Of a DNA stretch of 64,000 bases, positions 1 to 8,894 are shown one piece after another (the stretch's first letter is position 1; every line of letters begins with the position of its first letter). The notes beneath the pieces were generated by a model that searched no databases, was not told the origin of the DNA, and saw nothing but the letters and a program-made list of their open reading frames with translations. The translations under genes were made by a program, and so were the position numbers. This DNA comes from Candidatus Multivorans sp. (GTDB taxonomy: Bacteria; Acidobacteriota; Thermoanaerobaculia; Multivoradales; Multivoraceae). The stretch covers positions 91,674-155,673 of the forward strand of contig CBDBDB010000017.1 in NCBI GenBank assembly GCA_965203495.1, in the 5' to 3' direction.

Positions 1-27
1 CGTGATCTCCACACACGCCGACAGGCG

Positions 28-417
28 ATGAATCCGTCCGCGCCGCGCCGATCCCACTCGCCGACAGCCATCGTCAACGTCATCGCGCTGACGATCGCCA
101 CGGTGGTCGCCGGCGCCTGGGACGTGGGCTGCCATGACCACGACGCGCCGACGGCGAGTTACGCCTGGTGCGCAATCGACCACGAAGCCGAGGCCGCCGG
201 GGCGCCCAACCACGCCAGCCTGGGCGCCGCCCCGGCGCCGCGCGAACACTCTTGTGTCGCCTGCAGGCTCGGATGCTCGAAGACGGCCGCGGTCGGCGGG
301 AGCTTCGTTGCGAGACCGCTTGACCCCGCTTCGGCCGCGGCAAGGTCCGAGAACGACGGCGGCTCCAGCCGCGGCGCCCTGAGCCGCCAGACCGCTCGCG
401 GTCCGCCCCCAGGCTGA
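28..417 (+). CDS. DUF2946/CutF-CruR-like leader protein (hydrophobic N-terminus, HxH, CxxC, C-terminal RGPP)
   Basis: AIVNVIALTIATVVAG hydrophobic stretch, CHDHD, HSCVAC, ends TARGPPPG; lies directly upstream of a TonB-dependent receptor. Confidence 0.7.
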   Translation: MNPSAPRRSHSPTAIVNVIALTIATVVAGAWDVGCHDHDAPTASYAWCAIDHEAEAAGAPNHASLGAAPAPREHSCVACRLGCSKTAAVGGSFVARPLDPASAAARSENDGGSSRGALSRQTARGPPPG

Positions 418-690
418 GCCGACCGCGGCGCCGCCCCGCGCACACCGCGACGAGGCGGCGTCGAAAGCAGACAGAGCGGGCGTCAACGCCGCACGCCTCC
501 GGGCGACGGCGACGACGCCATCGCGTCAGCCGCGGCTTACCCAAGGGAATCGCGCTGTCGCCCGGCCGTCAGCGGCAGGCTGGCGCCGTCACGCCTTGCC
601 GCTGCCGCAACAGGTTCGCGCCCGCCGCGGATTCCGCGGTCGGCGCCGGACACCCTTCGACTCGGACTGAACGACCCCGGATCTCCAACC

Positions 691-3102
691 ATGACCCAGG
701 AACCCGACACCATGCTCGCTACCCTCGACGCGTTCTCGAACTCTCATCCGCCGCGCCGGCCCCGTTGGCGCCAGACAGCGGCGGCCGCCACTCTCTGCGC
801 TCTCGCCCTCCTTCTCAATCCGCCGACGGCCACGGGCCAGGCGACGGGATCCGTGGCCGGCACGGTCACGAGCCCCGGCGAGGTCGGCATCTCGCTCGCC
901 GTCGCTCGACTCTCCGACTTGTCCCTCAGCGCCTCGGTGGCGGCGGACGGGACGTTTCGTTTCGACGCCGTGCCTCCCGGCACGTATCTCGTGATCGTCG
1001 CCACCCCGTCCGTCGGCGTGACCAGCGAGCCGATCACCGTTTCGGCTGGCCAGGAGACGACCGTCACCCTGGAACACGATCACTTCACCCACTTCGACGA
1101 GATCGTCGTCACCGCCTCCGGCGGTGTCCGGAACGAGTCCGAGCTGCCGAACGCCATATCCGTGTTGGGCGGCGCCGACCTGCAACTGCGCATGGGCGCC
1201 ACGCTCGGCGAGGCCCTGGCGGGAGAACCGGGCCTGTCCTCGACCGCGTTCGTGCCGGGAGCGGCGCGGCCGATCATCCGCGGCCTGTCGAGCGCCCGTG
1301 TTCGGGTGCTCAACGGCGGCATGCGGACCGGCGACGTTTCCGTGGAGAGTGCCGATCACGCGGTCACGTCCGACCCGCTTCTGGCCGATCAGATCGAAGT
1401 GCTGAGGGGGCCGGCCACGCTCCGCTACGGCTCGGGCGCCATCGGCGGCGCCGTGAACGTCGTCGACGGTCGCATTCCAGCCAACCGAGCGCCGAAGACC
1501 CTTGGCGGCAGGATCGACCTGATCGGGGGTTCGGTTTCCGGCGAGAGGACGGGCGCCCTGCGGCTCAACGGCGGCGGCGGCGAATGGGCCTGGCACATCG
1601 GGGCCGTCAGCCGACGGACCGATCCGTACGACATCCCGGGCTACGCCCGCCTCGAGGACGAGCACGGAGATCATGACGATCACGAAGAGGAGAACAGCTT
1701 CGGCATCGTTCCGAACACGGACCTGACGACCGAGAGCGGCCGGTTCGGCGTCACCCGCTTCTTCGGCGACCGCGTCCTCCTGGGCGTCTCGTTCAGCGGC
1801 TTCAACACCGGCTACGGCATTCCTCCGGGCGCCCACAGCCATGCGGGGCACGATCACGGGGGAGACCACGACGACGACGAGTACGATCATCACGATGAGA
1901 ATGACGACCACGGCGACGAGGACGACCACCAGGACGAGGACATTCGCCTCGACATGAGGCAGCAACGAGTCGACCTCGGAAGCAGCGTCCAACTGTCGGC
2001 GACCGCCTTCGAGAGGCTCGACGTGCAGATGTCCGGAACGGACTACGAGCACGTCGAGTTCGCGAGCGGCCAGACCGGCGTCCTCTACACCAACGACCTG
2101 TTCGAGACCCGGGTCGAACTGTTCCAGCGCGAGCGGGGCGCCAGCCGGGGCAGCGTCGGCCTGCAGTACGTCAACCGCGATCTCGCCGCGGTCGGCGCCG
2201 AAGCCTTCATCCCTCCGACCCATTCGGACACCTGGGCAGCCTTCACCTCCCAGGAAATCGAAAGGGGATCGGTTCGCTGGCAGTTCGGCGCCCGCTTCGA
2301 ACAGGCCGAGCACGATCCGGCGAACGGAGCGGCTTGGTCCAGCGACGGCGTCTCCGCTTCGGCCGGCCTGGTCTGGACGACCGGAGAGGCGTGGAACCTG
2401 GGGCTGTCCGCCTCCCGCTCAGTTCGTCTCCCCAGCCCGGGAGAGCTGTTCTCGAACGGGGCTCACATACCCACCCGGACCTTCGACATCGGCGACCCGG
2501 ACCTGGACGCGGAAGTCGGCGTCGGTCTGGACCTCACCCTGCGCAGGGAGGAGGGGGCCATCCAGGGCAAGTTGACCCTGTTCCGGCAGGACTTCCAGGA
2601 CTTCATCTACCACGCGTTCACCGGCGCCGAGATGGATGGCTTCCCGGTCACCAACTACAGTCAGGGCAACGCGACGATGACCGGCGCCGAGTTCCACGCG
2701 CGGGTCGAGCTTGCGGAGTGGAACGGGCACGACCTGCACATGGAGATGATGGGCGACGCGGTCGACGCCGAGCTGGACGAGGGCGGCGCCTTGCCGAGGA
2801 TTCCGCCGCTGAGCCTGAGCGCCGGCATCCACTACCACGGCCACGACTGGCGGGCGGCGATCGAGTGGCGGTGGGTCGACGACCAGAACGACGTCGCGGT
2901 CCAAGAGACGCCGACCGACGGCTATACGATGCTGAACGCCCACGTCGGCCGGCGCTTCACGCTGAAGGGCCAGATCTTCGACGTGCTGCTGCGAGGGCGG
3001 AACCTGACCGACGAGGAAGCCCGGATGCACACGTCCCTGCTGAAGACGTTCGCGCCGCTGCCCGGCAGGGACGTCGCGCTATCGGCGCGATTCTGGTTCT
3101 GA
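691..3102 (+). CDS. TonB-dependent outer-membrane receptor, ZnuD-like (His/Asp-rich loops)
   Basis: Signal peptide, carboxypeptidase-regulatory-like N-domain, plug motif IEVLRGPATLRYGSGAIGGAVN, His/acidic tracts, C-terminal PLPGR...RFWF. Confidence 0.9.
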   Translation: MTQEPDTMLATLDAFSNSHPPRRPRWRQTAAAATLCALALLLNPPTATGQATGSVAGTVTSPGEVGISLAVARLSDLSLSASVAADGTFRFDAVPPGTYLVIVATPSVGVTSEPITVSAGQETTVTLEHDHFTHFDEIVVTASGGVRNESELPNAISVLGGADLQLRMGATLGEALAGEPGLSSTAFVPGAARPIIRGLSSARVRVLNGGMRTGDVSVESADHAVTSDPLLADQIEVLRGPATLRYGSGAIGGAVNVVDGRIPANRAPKTLGGRIDLIGGSVSGERTGALRLNGGGGEWAWHIGAVSRRTDPYDIPGYARLEDEHGDHDDHEEENSFGIVPNTDLTTESGRFGVTRFFGDRVLLGVSFSGFNTGYGIPPGAHSHAGHDHGGDHDDDEYDHHDENDDHGDEDDHQDEDIRLDMRQQRVDLGSSVQLSATAFERLDVQMSGTDYEHVEFASGQTGVLYTNDLFETRVELFQRERGASRGSVGLQYVNRDLAAVGAEAFIPPTHSDTWAAFTSQEIERGSVRWQFGARFEQAEHDPANGAAWSSDGVSASAGLVWTTGEAWNLGLSASRSVRLPSPGELFSNGAHIPTRTFDIGDPDLDAEVGVGLDLTLRREEGAIQGKLTLFRQDFQDFIYHAFTGAEMDGFPVTNYSQGNATMTGAEFHARVELAEWNGHDLHMEMMGDAVDAELDEGGALPRIPPLSLSAGIHYHGHDWRAAIEWRWVDDQNDVAVQETPTDGYTMLNAHVGRRFTLKGQIFDVLLRGRNLTDEEARMHTSLLKTFAPLPGRDVALSARFWF

Positions 3103-3127
3103 GGAGGCGAGCGCGTCTCACCGAAGG

Positions 3128-3290
3128 CGCCGGATGCAGGCGGGGACGCCCGGGGCGCCCAAGGTGGCCCGCCGCGGGGTTGCGGGGAGCGAACAACGTC
3201 GCACTGGGCGCGCCGACGCCCTCGCCGGCTTTCCGGAGTGTGTTCCCCGCGCGACAGCGCGGCCCCGCGGCTGCGAACGCCGCTGGCGGT
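3128..3290 (-). repeat. Dispersed palindromic repeat family A, copy 1
   Basis: Reverse complement aligns over ~165 nt with 54770-54935 (core GCTGTCGCGCGGGGAAC..CCGGAA.GCCG.CGA.GGCGTCGGC). Confidence 0.75.
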
Positions 3291-3350
3291 ATACTCCGCA
3301 GCCCGAGCGCGGTAAGCGGCGGCGCCAAGGCTGAATCCGCGTCCCTCCGC

Positions 3351-3427
3351 GTCCCCATCGTCTAGCCAGGTCAGGACTCCAGCCTTTCAAGCTGGCAACA
3401 CGGGTTCGAATCCCGTTGGGGACGCCA
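3351..3427 (+). tRNA. tRNA-Glu(TTC)
   Basis: Cloverleaf GTCCCCA..TGGGGAC-G-CCA; anticodon arm CCAGC-CTTTCAA-GCTGG; GGTTCGAATCC T-arm; TATACT -10-like box at ~3290. Confidence 0.97.
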
Positions 3428-3469
3428 TCGCGTCCCGGGCGTCCCGCGGTGCCCGGCTCAACAGGCGCC

Positions 3470-4228
3470 TCAGTTCCACCAGGGCTTGTCGTTGTAGGCG
3501 CGCACGTCCAGCTCGAAGGTCCAGGTGGACCGGTGCTGCCGCGCGAGATGGACGTAGGTCTCGGCCACCTGCTCGGGCAGGATGAGGCCGTCGGCGGCGC
3601 CCTTCGTGCTCCGCAGGGCCTCGAAGCGTTCCGGGCCAAGCATCTTGCCCAGTGTGTCCGGTGCGTCGACGCTTCCATCCACGAGCACATGAGCCACGTG
3701 AATCCCCTTCGCGGCGAACTCGGCGTTCAGCGTCTGGCAGAGCATGCGGCGCCCCCCCATCGCCGACGCGTGGGAGTGCTGTCCCGCGGCGCCGCGCGCC
3801 GCGGCGGTGGCCGAGGTGACGATCAGCGTGCCGTGGCCGCGCTCGACCATGCGGGGGCAAAGCGCCGAGGCCGTCCGGAAGAGCCCGAAGGTCGCCATGC
3901 GCCAGCCGAGCTCGAAGGCCTTGTAGCTGGTTTCGGCGAGGGGCCGATCGCCGATCTGAGCGCCGAGGTTGTAGATCAGCACCTCGATCGGCCCGATCCG
4001 ATCCTCCACGTGGGCGATCCGATCCTCGATGGCGCTCTCCTTGACGGCGTTCAGGAGGAAGCCGGACGCCTCCCCTCCCTCCGCGCGAATGCCGTCGACC
4101 AGGGCGTTCAGACCGTCTTCGTCGCTACGGCGACAGAGAACCGCGTGATACCCCTCGCGAGCGAACCTCCTGCCCGCGGTACCCCCGATTCCGGCGCCGG
4201 CGCCCATGACAAAGCAGACTGGTCTCAT
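3470..4228 (-). CDS. Short-chain dehydrogenase/reductase (SDR)
   Basis: MRPVCFVMGAGAGIG Rossmann motif, YNLG, TSATAA.RG; GGAGG RBS before ATG at 4228. Confidence 0.9.
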   Translation of the reverse strand: MRPVCFVMGAGAGIGGTAGRRFAREGYHAVLCRRSDEDGLNALVDGIRAEGGEASGFLLNAVKESAIEDRIAHVEDRIGPIEVLIYNLGAQIGDRPLAETSYKAFELGWRMATFGLFRTASALCPRMVERGHGTLIVTSATAAARGAAGQHSHASAMGGRRMLCQTLNAEFAAKGIHVAHVLVDGSVDAPDTLGKMLGPERFEALRSTKGAADGLILPEQVAETYVHLARQHRSTWTFELDVRAYNDKPWWN

Positions 4229-4347
4229 CGTCCTTCCTCCTTGAGTGGCATCCCGACCGGGTACCACGCGCCGAGAACGCGCGCCCGATTCCCAAGCGGC
4301 CGAGATCCGCGTGGCCGCCCGCTCTTCCAGAAGCTTGCGCCGCGGAC

Positions 4348-4415
4348 GCTAGCAGGGTCCGCCGCCTTGTGGCTGCGCCGTCGCGCAGGGAACAGGCCCC
4401 GGATGCGGGCGGCAG
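4348..4415 (+). repeat. Repeat family A, partial copy 2
   Basis: Starts GCTAGCAGGGTCCGC, identical to 29358-29372; contains CCGTCGCGCAGGGAAC..CCCCGGATGCG. Confidence 0.65.
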
Positions 4416-4443
4416 GCCCCCGCTCCCGGTTCGTTCCATGTAT

Positions 4444-4502
4444 GCCCGCGGCGAACGTCGCGCTGCATTCGAGCGGCCATGCATCCCGCCACGGGCTGCT
4501 GG
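4444..4502 (-). repeat. MITE-like repeat family B, internally deleted copy
   Basis: Reverse complement CCAGCAGCCCGTGG..GGCCGCTCGAATGCAGCGCGACGTTCGCCGCGGGC matches both ends of 53036-53200 and 33529-33694. Confidence 0.7.
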
Positions 4503-4588
4503 CGAAGCGAAGTCCCTGGGCGCAAGCTGGCGGCGATCGGCAACGCCGCCGCGCGACTGGTCGCCGCTCGCGCCAGACGCCGCCCCGG

Positions 4589-5809
4589 CTACAGCTCGCC
4601 GAACGGCAAGGCCCTCGCGCCCTGGCCCAGGGTCAGCCGCGCGGCGCCGGGATGAACCACGTACCCGGGGGCCACCGCTTCGCCGAAGTCCCTCCGCAGC
4701 GTCCTGATCGACCTGGCCATCGCCGGGCGCGGCGTAGCCGACGCCTTCGCCTCGACCGGCACGAGTTTTCCGCCCGCCTCGACCAGGAAGTCGACCTCGG
4801 CGCCCGCCCTCGTTCGCCAGAAGTGGATCCGCGGCGCCTCTCCTCGGTGAGTGAGCGTTCTCGTGATCTCGGCGAGGACCGCGGTCTCCAGGATCGGTCC
4901 CCCCATCGGCCCGGACGCCGCGTGTTCCGGATCTCTCAATCCCACCAGGTGACACAGCGTGCCGACGTCGGTGAAGTACACCTTCGGCGTCTTGACGAGC
5001 CGTTTGCCGACATTCGCGAAGTACGGACGGAGCACGATCACCTGGTACGTCGCCTCGAGCATGGACAGCCAAGCCTTCGCCGTGTTGACGGCGACTCCGA
5101 GATCCCTGGCGACATCGGCCAGGTTCAGCAGCTGAGCGCTTCGGGCGGCGAGCGCCCGAAGGAAGCTCTGATACTGATTCAGGTCGCCGACGTTGCGGAC
5201 GGTGCGAACGTCCCGTTCGAGATAGGTCTGCATGTAGCTCGCGTGCCACAGGAACGGGTCCCGACCGGGGCTTGCCGCGAGCTCCGGATAGCCGCCGCGG
5301 AGGAAGGCACGCCAGAGATCGCCGAAGGCGGCGCCCTGCGCGGCTCCGCCCTCGGCGCCGCCCTCCCAAGGCAGACGAAGGCTCGGCCGGCCCTCCGCCT
5401 CCCGCCTCGACAGAGGGAGGAGCCGGAGGACCGCCACGCGGCCCGCCAGCGACTCCGTCACCTTCTCGGCCAGCATGAGATTCTGAGACCCCGTCAGGAG
5501 ATACTGGCCGCGCGCGCCGCGATCCGCGTCGATTCGTTCCCGGATGTAGGGCAGCAGGATCGGAGCGTGCTGCACCTCGTCGAAGATGACGGGAGGACCG
5601 TTCATCTCCAGAAAGCCGCGCGGATCCTCCAGAGCGGCCAGGCGCACGTCGGGGAGATCCAGAGAGAGATGGCGGTAGCGGCCGCCGAAGACACGCTGCA
5701 GCAACGTCGTCTTGCCGGCCTGTCGCGGACCGGTCAGCACGACCGCCGGGAACTCGGAGGCTGCCCGCCTCAGGACGGGCTCCAAGGATCGTTCAATGTA
5801 GCGCTCCAT
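4589..5809 (-). CDS. AAA+ ATPase (AAA_14) with DUF4143 / PD-(D/E)xK-like C-terminus
   Basis: Walker A GPRQAGKT, Walker B IFDEVQ, TGSQN, GGYPE, KRLVKTPKVYFTDVG, EVDFLV..EAK. Confidence 0.9.
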   Translation of the reverse strand: MERYIERSLEPVLRRAASEFPAVVLTGPRQAGKTTLLQRVFGGRYRHLSLDLPDVRLAALEDPRGFLEMNGPPVIFDEVQHAPILLPYIRERIDADRGARGQYLLTGSQNLMLAEKVTESLAGRVAVLRLLPLSRREAEGRPSLRLPWEGGAEGGAAQGAAFGDLWRAFLRGGYPELAASPGRDPFLWHASYMQTYLERDVRTVRNVGDLNQYQSFLRALAARSAQLLNLADVARDLGVAVNTAKAWLSMLEATYQVIVLRPYFANVGKRLVKTPKVYFTDVGTLCHLVGLRDPEHAASGPMGGPILETAVLAEITRTLTHRGEAPRIHFWRTRAGAEVDFLVEAGGKLVPVEAKASATPRPAMARSIRTLRRDFGEAVAPGYVVHPGAARLTLGQGARALPFGEL

Positions 5810-5834
5810 CGACCGGGCGGCTCCAAGAACGCCA

Positions 5835-5857
5835 ATTCTGCATCTTTACTGCAGAAT
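5835..5857. promoter_or_regulatory. Inverted repeat ATTCTGCA-N7-TGCAGAAT, candidate operator of the AAA ATPase gene
   Basis: Perfect 8-bp arms, AT-rich, 25 nt upstream of the ATG at 5809. Confidence 0.5.
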
Positions 5858-5871
5858 GTCCACTTTCAGGG

Positions 5872-6405
5872 CTCCGCACCGCGCACCAGTCGCTGCCCGG
5901 CAACCCGTTGCTCGCTGAGCCGATGTACCTGTTCCGCTACATCGAGAAGATGGGTACCGGGATCGTCGACATGATTCGGCGCTGCGCCGAGGCGGGTCTG
6001 CTCGAGCCCGAACTCGATATCGATGCGGGGTTCGTCCTGAGGATATGGCGGCCACGCGGAGCAACGATTCGCGAAGCGATCTCAACAGCCCGAGACGTCA
6101 CCTTGAAGCCTGGTCGGACTACCCGAAAGACAGACGAAACTACCCGGGAATCGGTCCCGACTACCCAGGAAACCAAGGCGACTACCCAGAAAACTACCCA
6201 GAACACGGCCCTGACTACCCGAAAGACCGTTCGCGAACAGATCCTGGACCACCTGCGGGCCGAGCCCGAGCGCACCCGGAAAGAGCTGGCCGCGCGAGTC
6301 GGAGTGACACCGGACGGAGTGAAGTACCACCTGAGCCGCCTGAAGGCGGCCGGAGCTCTTCGACGAGTCGGTTCGCCCAGAGCGGGCCGCTGGGGAGTGC
6401 TCTGA
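5872..6405 (+). pseudogene. 5'-truncated AlbA/RecG-C (HATPase_c_4) + wHTH protein remnant
   Basis: Begins mid-domain (HQSLPGNPLLAEPMYLFRYIEKMGTG), TTQK-type linker repeats, HTH TRKELAARVGVTPDGVKYHL...GRW. Confidence 0.7.
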
Positions 6406-6439
6406 CCGGCGCGGGCTGATCGCCGCCGCGCTCGATCCA

Positions 6440-6722
6440 CCTCCCACCTCCACTTGAAGAACGCCGGCCGCGACCCGGCCGCGACCTGGCCGAGATCAAG
6501 AGAACGGCAGGCCTGCCCTTCCGGCTCTTCGCGAACGACGAGGAAGCCGCGAAGTCTCCCGGACAACCCTTGGTCCTGCTGGGGCGCCGCTTCCTGCGTC
6601 CATGACTTGCTGCAGCAGTAAATCGAAGCGGGCGCCGAGGAGATCGTTCTCTGCGGCGTCGGCAACCGGCCCGAGACCTGGCGCCTCGATCGACGAGGCA
6701 GTTCTCGCGGCCTTCCCGTTGA
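6440..6722 (+). pseudogene. Degraded C-terminal remnant, probably of an LLM-class flavin oxidoreductase
   Basis: Frame-shifted pieces GRDLAEIKRTA...DLLQQ*IEAGAEEIVLCG. Confidence 0.35.
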
Positions 6723-6770
6723 GGTTAGAATCGCCGCATTCACGACATCCGATCGGGCAAGGAGAACACC

Positions 6771-8135
6771 ATGCAGTCTCGTTTCACGCTCCTGGGCGCT
6801 GGCTTGGCGCTCTTCGCCGGCGCCGCCGGCGCGGCGCCGCCGGCCAACAACGCGGCGGACCCGTCGACGGTAACCTGGGCGGATCACGTGGCGCCCATCC
6901 TCCACGAGAACTGCGTGACCTGTCATCGGCCGGGACAGACCGCGCCCATGTCGCTTCTGACCTACGACGAGACGCGGCCCTGGGCGAAGTCGATCCGCCG
7001 GGTCGCGACCGACCGCGCGATGCCGCCGTGGTTCGCCAACCCGGAGCACGGCGAGTTCGTGGAAGATCCGAGCCTTACTGACGCCGAGATCGACACGTTG
7101 AGCCGCTGGGTGGCCGCGGGCGCGCCGGCCGGCGATCTCTCGCGGGCGCCGGAGGCCCCCGCCTTCAGTTCCGACTGGAAGCTCGGCACGCCGGACATGG
7201 TCTACATGGCGCCGGCCTTCCACGTTTCCGATGACGTCGAGGATCACTACGAGTGGCTCCAGGTGGAGAACCCGGTCGACGAAGAGCGTTGGATCCGGGC
7301 GATCGAGATTCACCCCGGATTCGTGGAAGCGGTACACCACCAGTTGACCTACCTGGCGCCGCCCGACGCCACCCTCGCGGGCGTACGGAGCCGGACCGGG
7401 ACCCTTGACCTCACGTTCGTCGGAGGCTGGGGACCCGGCGTCGCGCCGCTCCAGTTCGCGGAAGGACACGGGATGCGCCTGCCGCCGAACAGCACGATGT
7501 TCTTCCAGATGCACTACCACAAGACCCCGGGACCGGGCACCGGCGGCACGGACCAGACGACGATGGGCCTCTACTTCCACGACGAGAAGCCCGAGAACGT
7601 GGTGGAGACGCTGTGGCTGGTCGATCCGACCCTGAACATCCCGGCTGGCGAGAGCAACTACCACTCGTGGTCGTCGTTCACCACGGAACACGAGGCGGTC
7701 CTCTTCGACTTCACGCCCCACATGCACCTGCGCGGAAAGTCGATGACGTTCTCGGCCGAGTATCCGGACGGCCGCAAGGAAGTCCTGCTCGACGTGCCGA
7801 ACTACGACTTCAACTGGCAGCTGACCTACACGCCGACGGCGCCCAGGGTGATCCCGGCCGGCACGACGATCCGCGTCGACGCGACGTTCGACAACTCCGC
7901 CGACAACCTGGCGAACCCCGACCCGACGTCGAACGTGACCTGGGGCGAAGCGACGACCGACGAGATGATGGTCGGCTTCATCCACTACACGTTCAGCGAC
8001 AAGGCGCAGCAGACGAACATGCCCACCTTCATCGTCCCCGAGCAGTTGAGGGCGCAGATGGAGCAGATCCGGGAATTCCGGCGCAAGCAGCGGGAAGCGG
8101 CCAGGGCGGCATCGGCCGAAACCGGCGGCGGCTAG
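6771..8135 (+). CDS. Exported heme c (CxxCH) + type-II copper monooxygenase (PHM/DBH-like) protein
   Basis: Signal peptide; CVTCH...MPPW; VHHQ, MHYH, PHMHLRGK, DVPNYDFNWQ, DEMM. Confidence 0.85.
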   Translation: MQSRFTLLGAGLALFAGAAGAAPPANNAADPSTVTWADHVAPILHENCVTCHRPGQTAPMSLLTYDETRPWAKSIRRVATDRAMPPWFANPEHGEFVEDPSLTDAEIDTLSRWVAAGAPAGDLSRAPEAPAFSSDWKLGTPDMVYMAPAFHVSDDVEDHYEWLQVENPVDEERWIRAIEIHPGFVEAVHHQLTYLAPPDATLAGVRSRTGTLDLTFVGGWGPGVAPLQFAEGHGMRLPPNSTMFFQMHYHKTPGPGTGGTDQTTMGLYFHDEKPENVVETLWLVDPTLNIPAGESNYHSWSSFTTEHEAVLFDFTPHMHLRGKSMTFSAEYPDGRKEVLLDVPNYDFNWQLTYTPTAPRVIPAGTTIRVDATFDNSADNLANPDPTSNVTWGEATTDEMMVGFIHYTFSDKAQQTNMPTFIVPEQLRAQMEQIREFRRKQREAARAASAETGGG

Positions 8136-8395
8136 CAGCCCGCCTCGCCACGCATCCACCGTCCGGCGGCCCACTCCGCGTCCTCTTGCGTCACCGCCTC
8201 AACCGCGAGACCGTAGCTCCGCAGGAGCGTGCGGACCAGCATCCAGTCACGCCCCGCCCCGCGCACCTTCTGTGCCACCTCCGACCAGTTCGCGGCGCCG
8301 CACACGGCGCCCTCGTTCATGACGTCCTCCACCCGGTCGGCGCCCTGTTCCCCCAGCAGCCAGGCCAGGATCGCCGACGCATCCAGGACGTTCAG
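8132..8395 (-). pseudogene. vapC: VapC/PIN toxin, C-terminally truncated
   Basis: VLDASAILAWLLGEQG..NWSEV; stops after ~87 aa without the LSLxD catalytic segment; start CTG overlaps the antitoxin TGA. Confidence 0.7.
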
Positions 8396-8637
8396 GCAGC
8401 ATCCTCCGCGTCGGCTGCAACGCGGCGTTCCGCAAGGAGTTCGGAGACGAGGTCGAGTCCCGAGAGGTCCGCTCGAACCCGGTCGCGGAGCTGGTCGCGT
8501 CTCAGCAGGACCAACCCGCCCGGCGTCTCGAACAGACACAACACCGTCCCCGAGGCCAGACCGGCTCGGTCACGAACCGCGGCAGGGATCACGACTCTGC
8601 CTCGATCTCCCACCGACACTGTCGTTGTCCCATCCAT
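8392..8637 (-). CDS. AbrB/MazE-family antitoxin (VapB)
   Basis: VGDRGRVVIPAAVRDRAGL..G; LVSELLAERR; sits upstream of the PIN gene. Confidence 0.85.
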   Translation of the reverse strand: MDGTTTVSVGDRGRVVIPAAVRDRAGLASGTVLCLFETPGGLVLLRRDQLRDRVRADLSGLDLVSELLAERRVAADAEDAA

Positions 8638-8894
8638 GGAGCATTCGTACCACAAGATCGGGTCTGCGGGAAACCAACCACAGCCGAACATGACGCACCG
8701 CTCAAGATTCGTGCCGGACAAGATCGACGCAACTCTCGCGAAGAGCGGCCGCGGCGCCGTCGGCCTCGTCCTCGAGGCGGGGGCGGCTGGGCGTCGACGA
8801 GTCGATGTCTCCCGGTCGCCCGGGTCGAGTCGGCGCTCGCGATACGATCAGGCCAGACCGCGACCATCCCGAACACAGTCAGCAGAGGCCAACC

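Noticed and set aside
540-620. AAGGGAA...GCCGCAAC upstream of a TonB receptor, suggestive of a cobalamin riboswitch
   Set aside because: The expected GGTG/AATCC and B12-box spacing are not recognisable, and the receptor looks ZnuD-like; needs an Rfam scan
589-2313. Long antisense or alternate-frame ORFs (also 3416-5974, 7613-11338, 17753-20593, 21312-23753, 37393-39069, 57977-59794 and others)
   Set aside because: Shadow ORFs of real genes in very high-GC DNA; Arg/Pro/Gly-rich with no family motifs
3240-3262. GTGTTCCCCGCGC resembles the start of a type I-E CRISPR repeat
   Set aside because: Single occurrence with no GCGGGGAT second arm, no regular array and no cas genes; it is part of repeat family A
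6118-6225. Periodic ACTACCC repeats as a CRISPR array or iterons
   Set aside because: The units are too short, lie in frame within coding sequence, and have no rep or cas gene nearby
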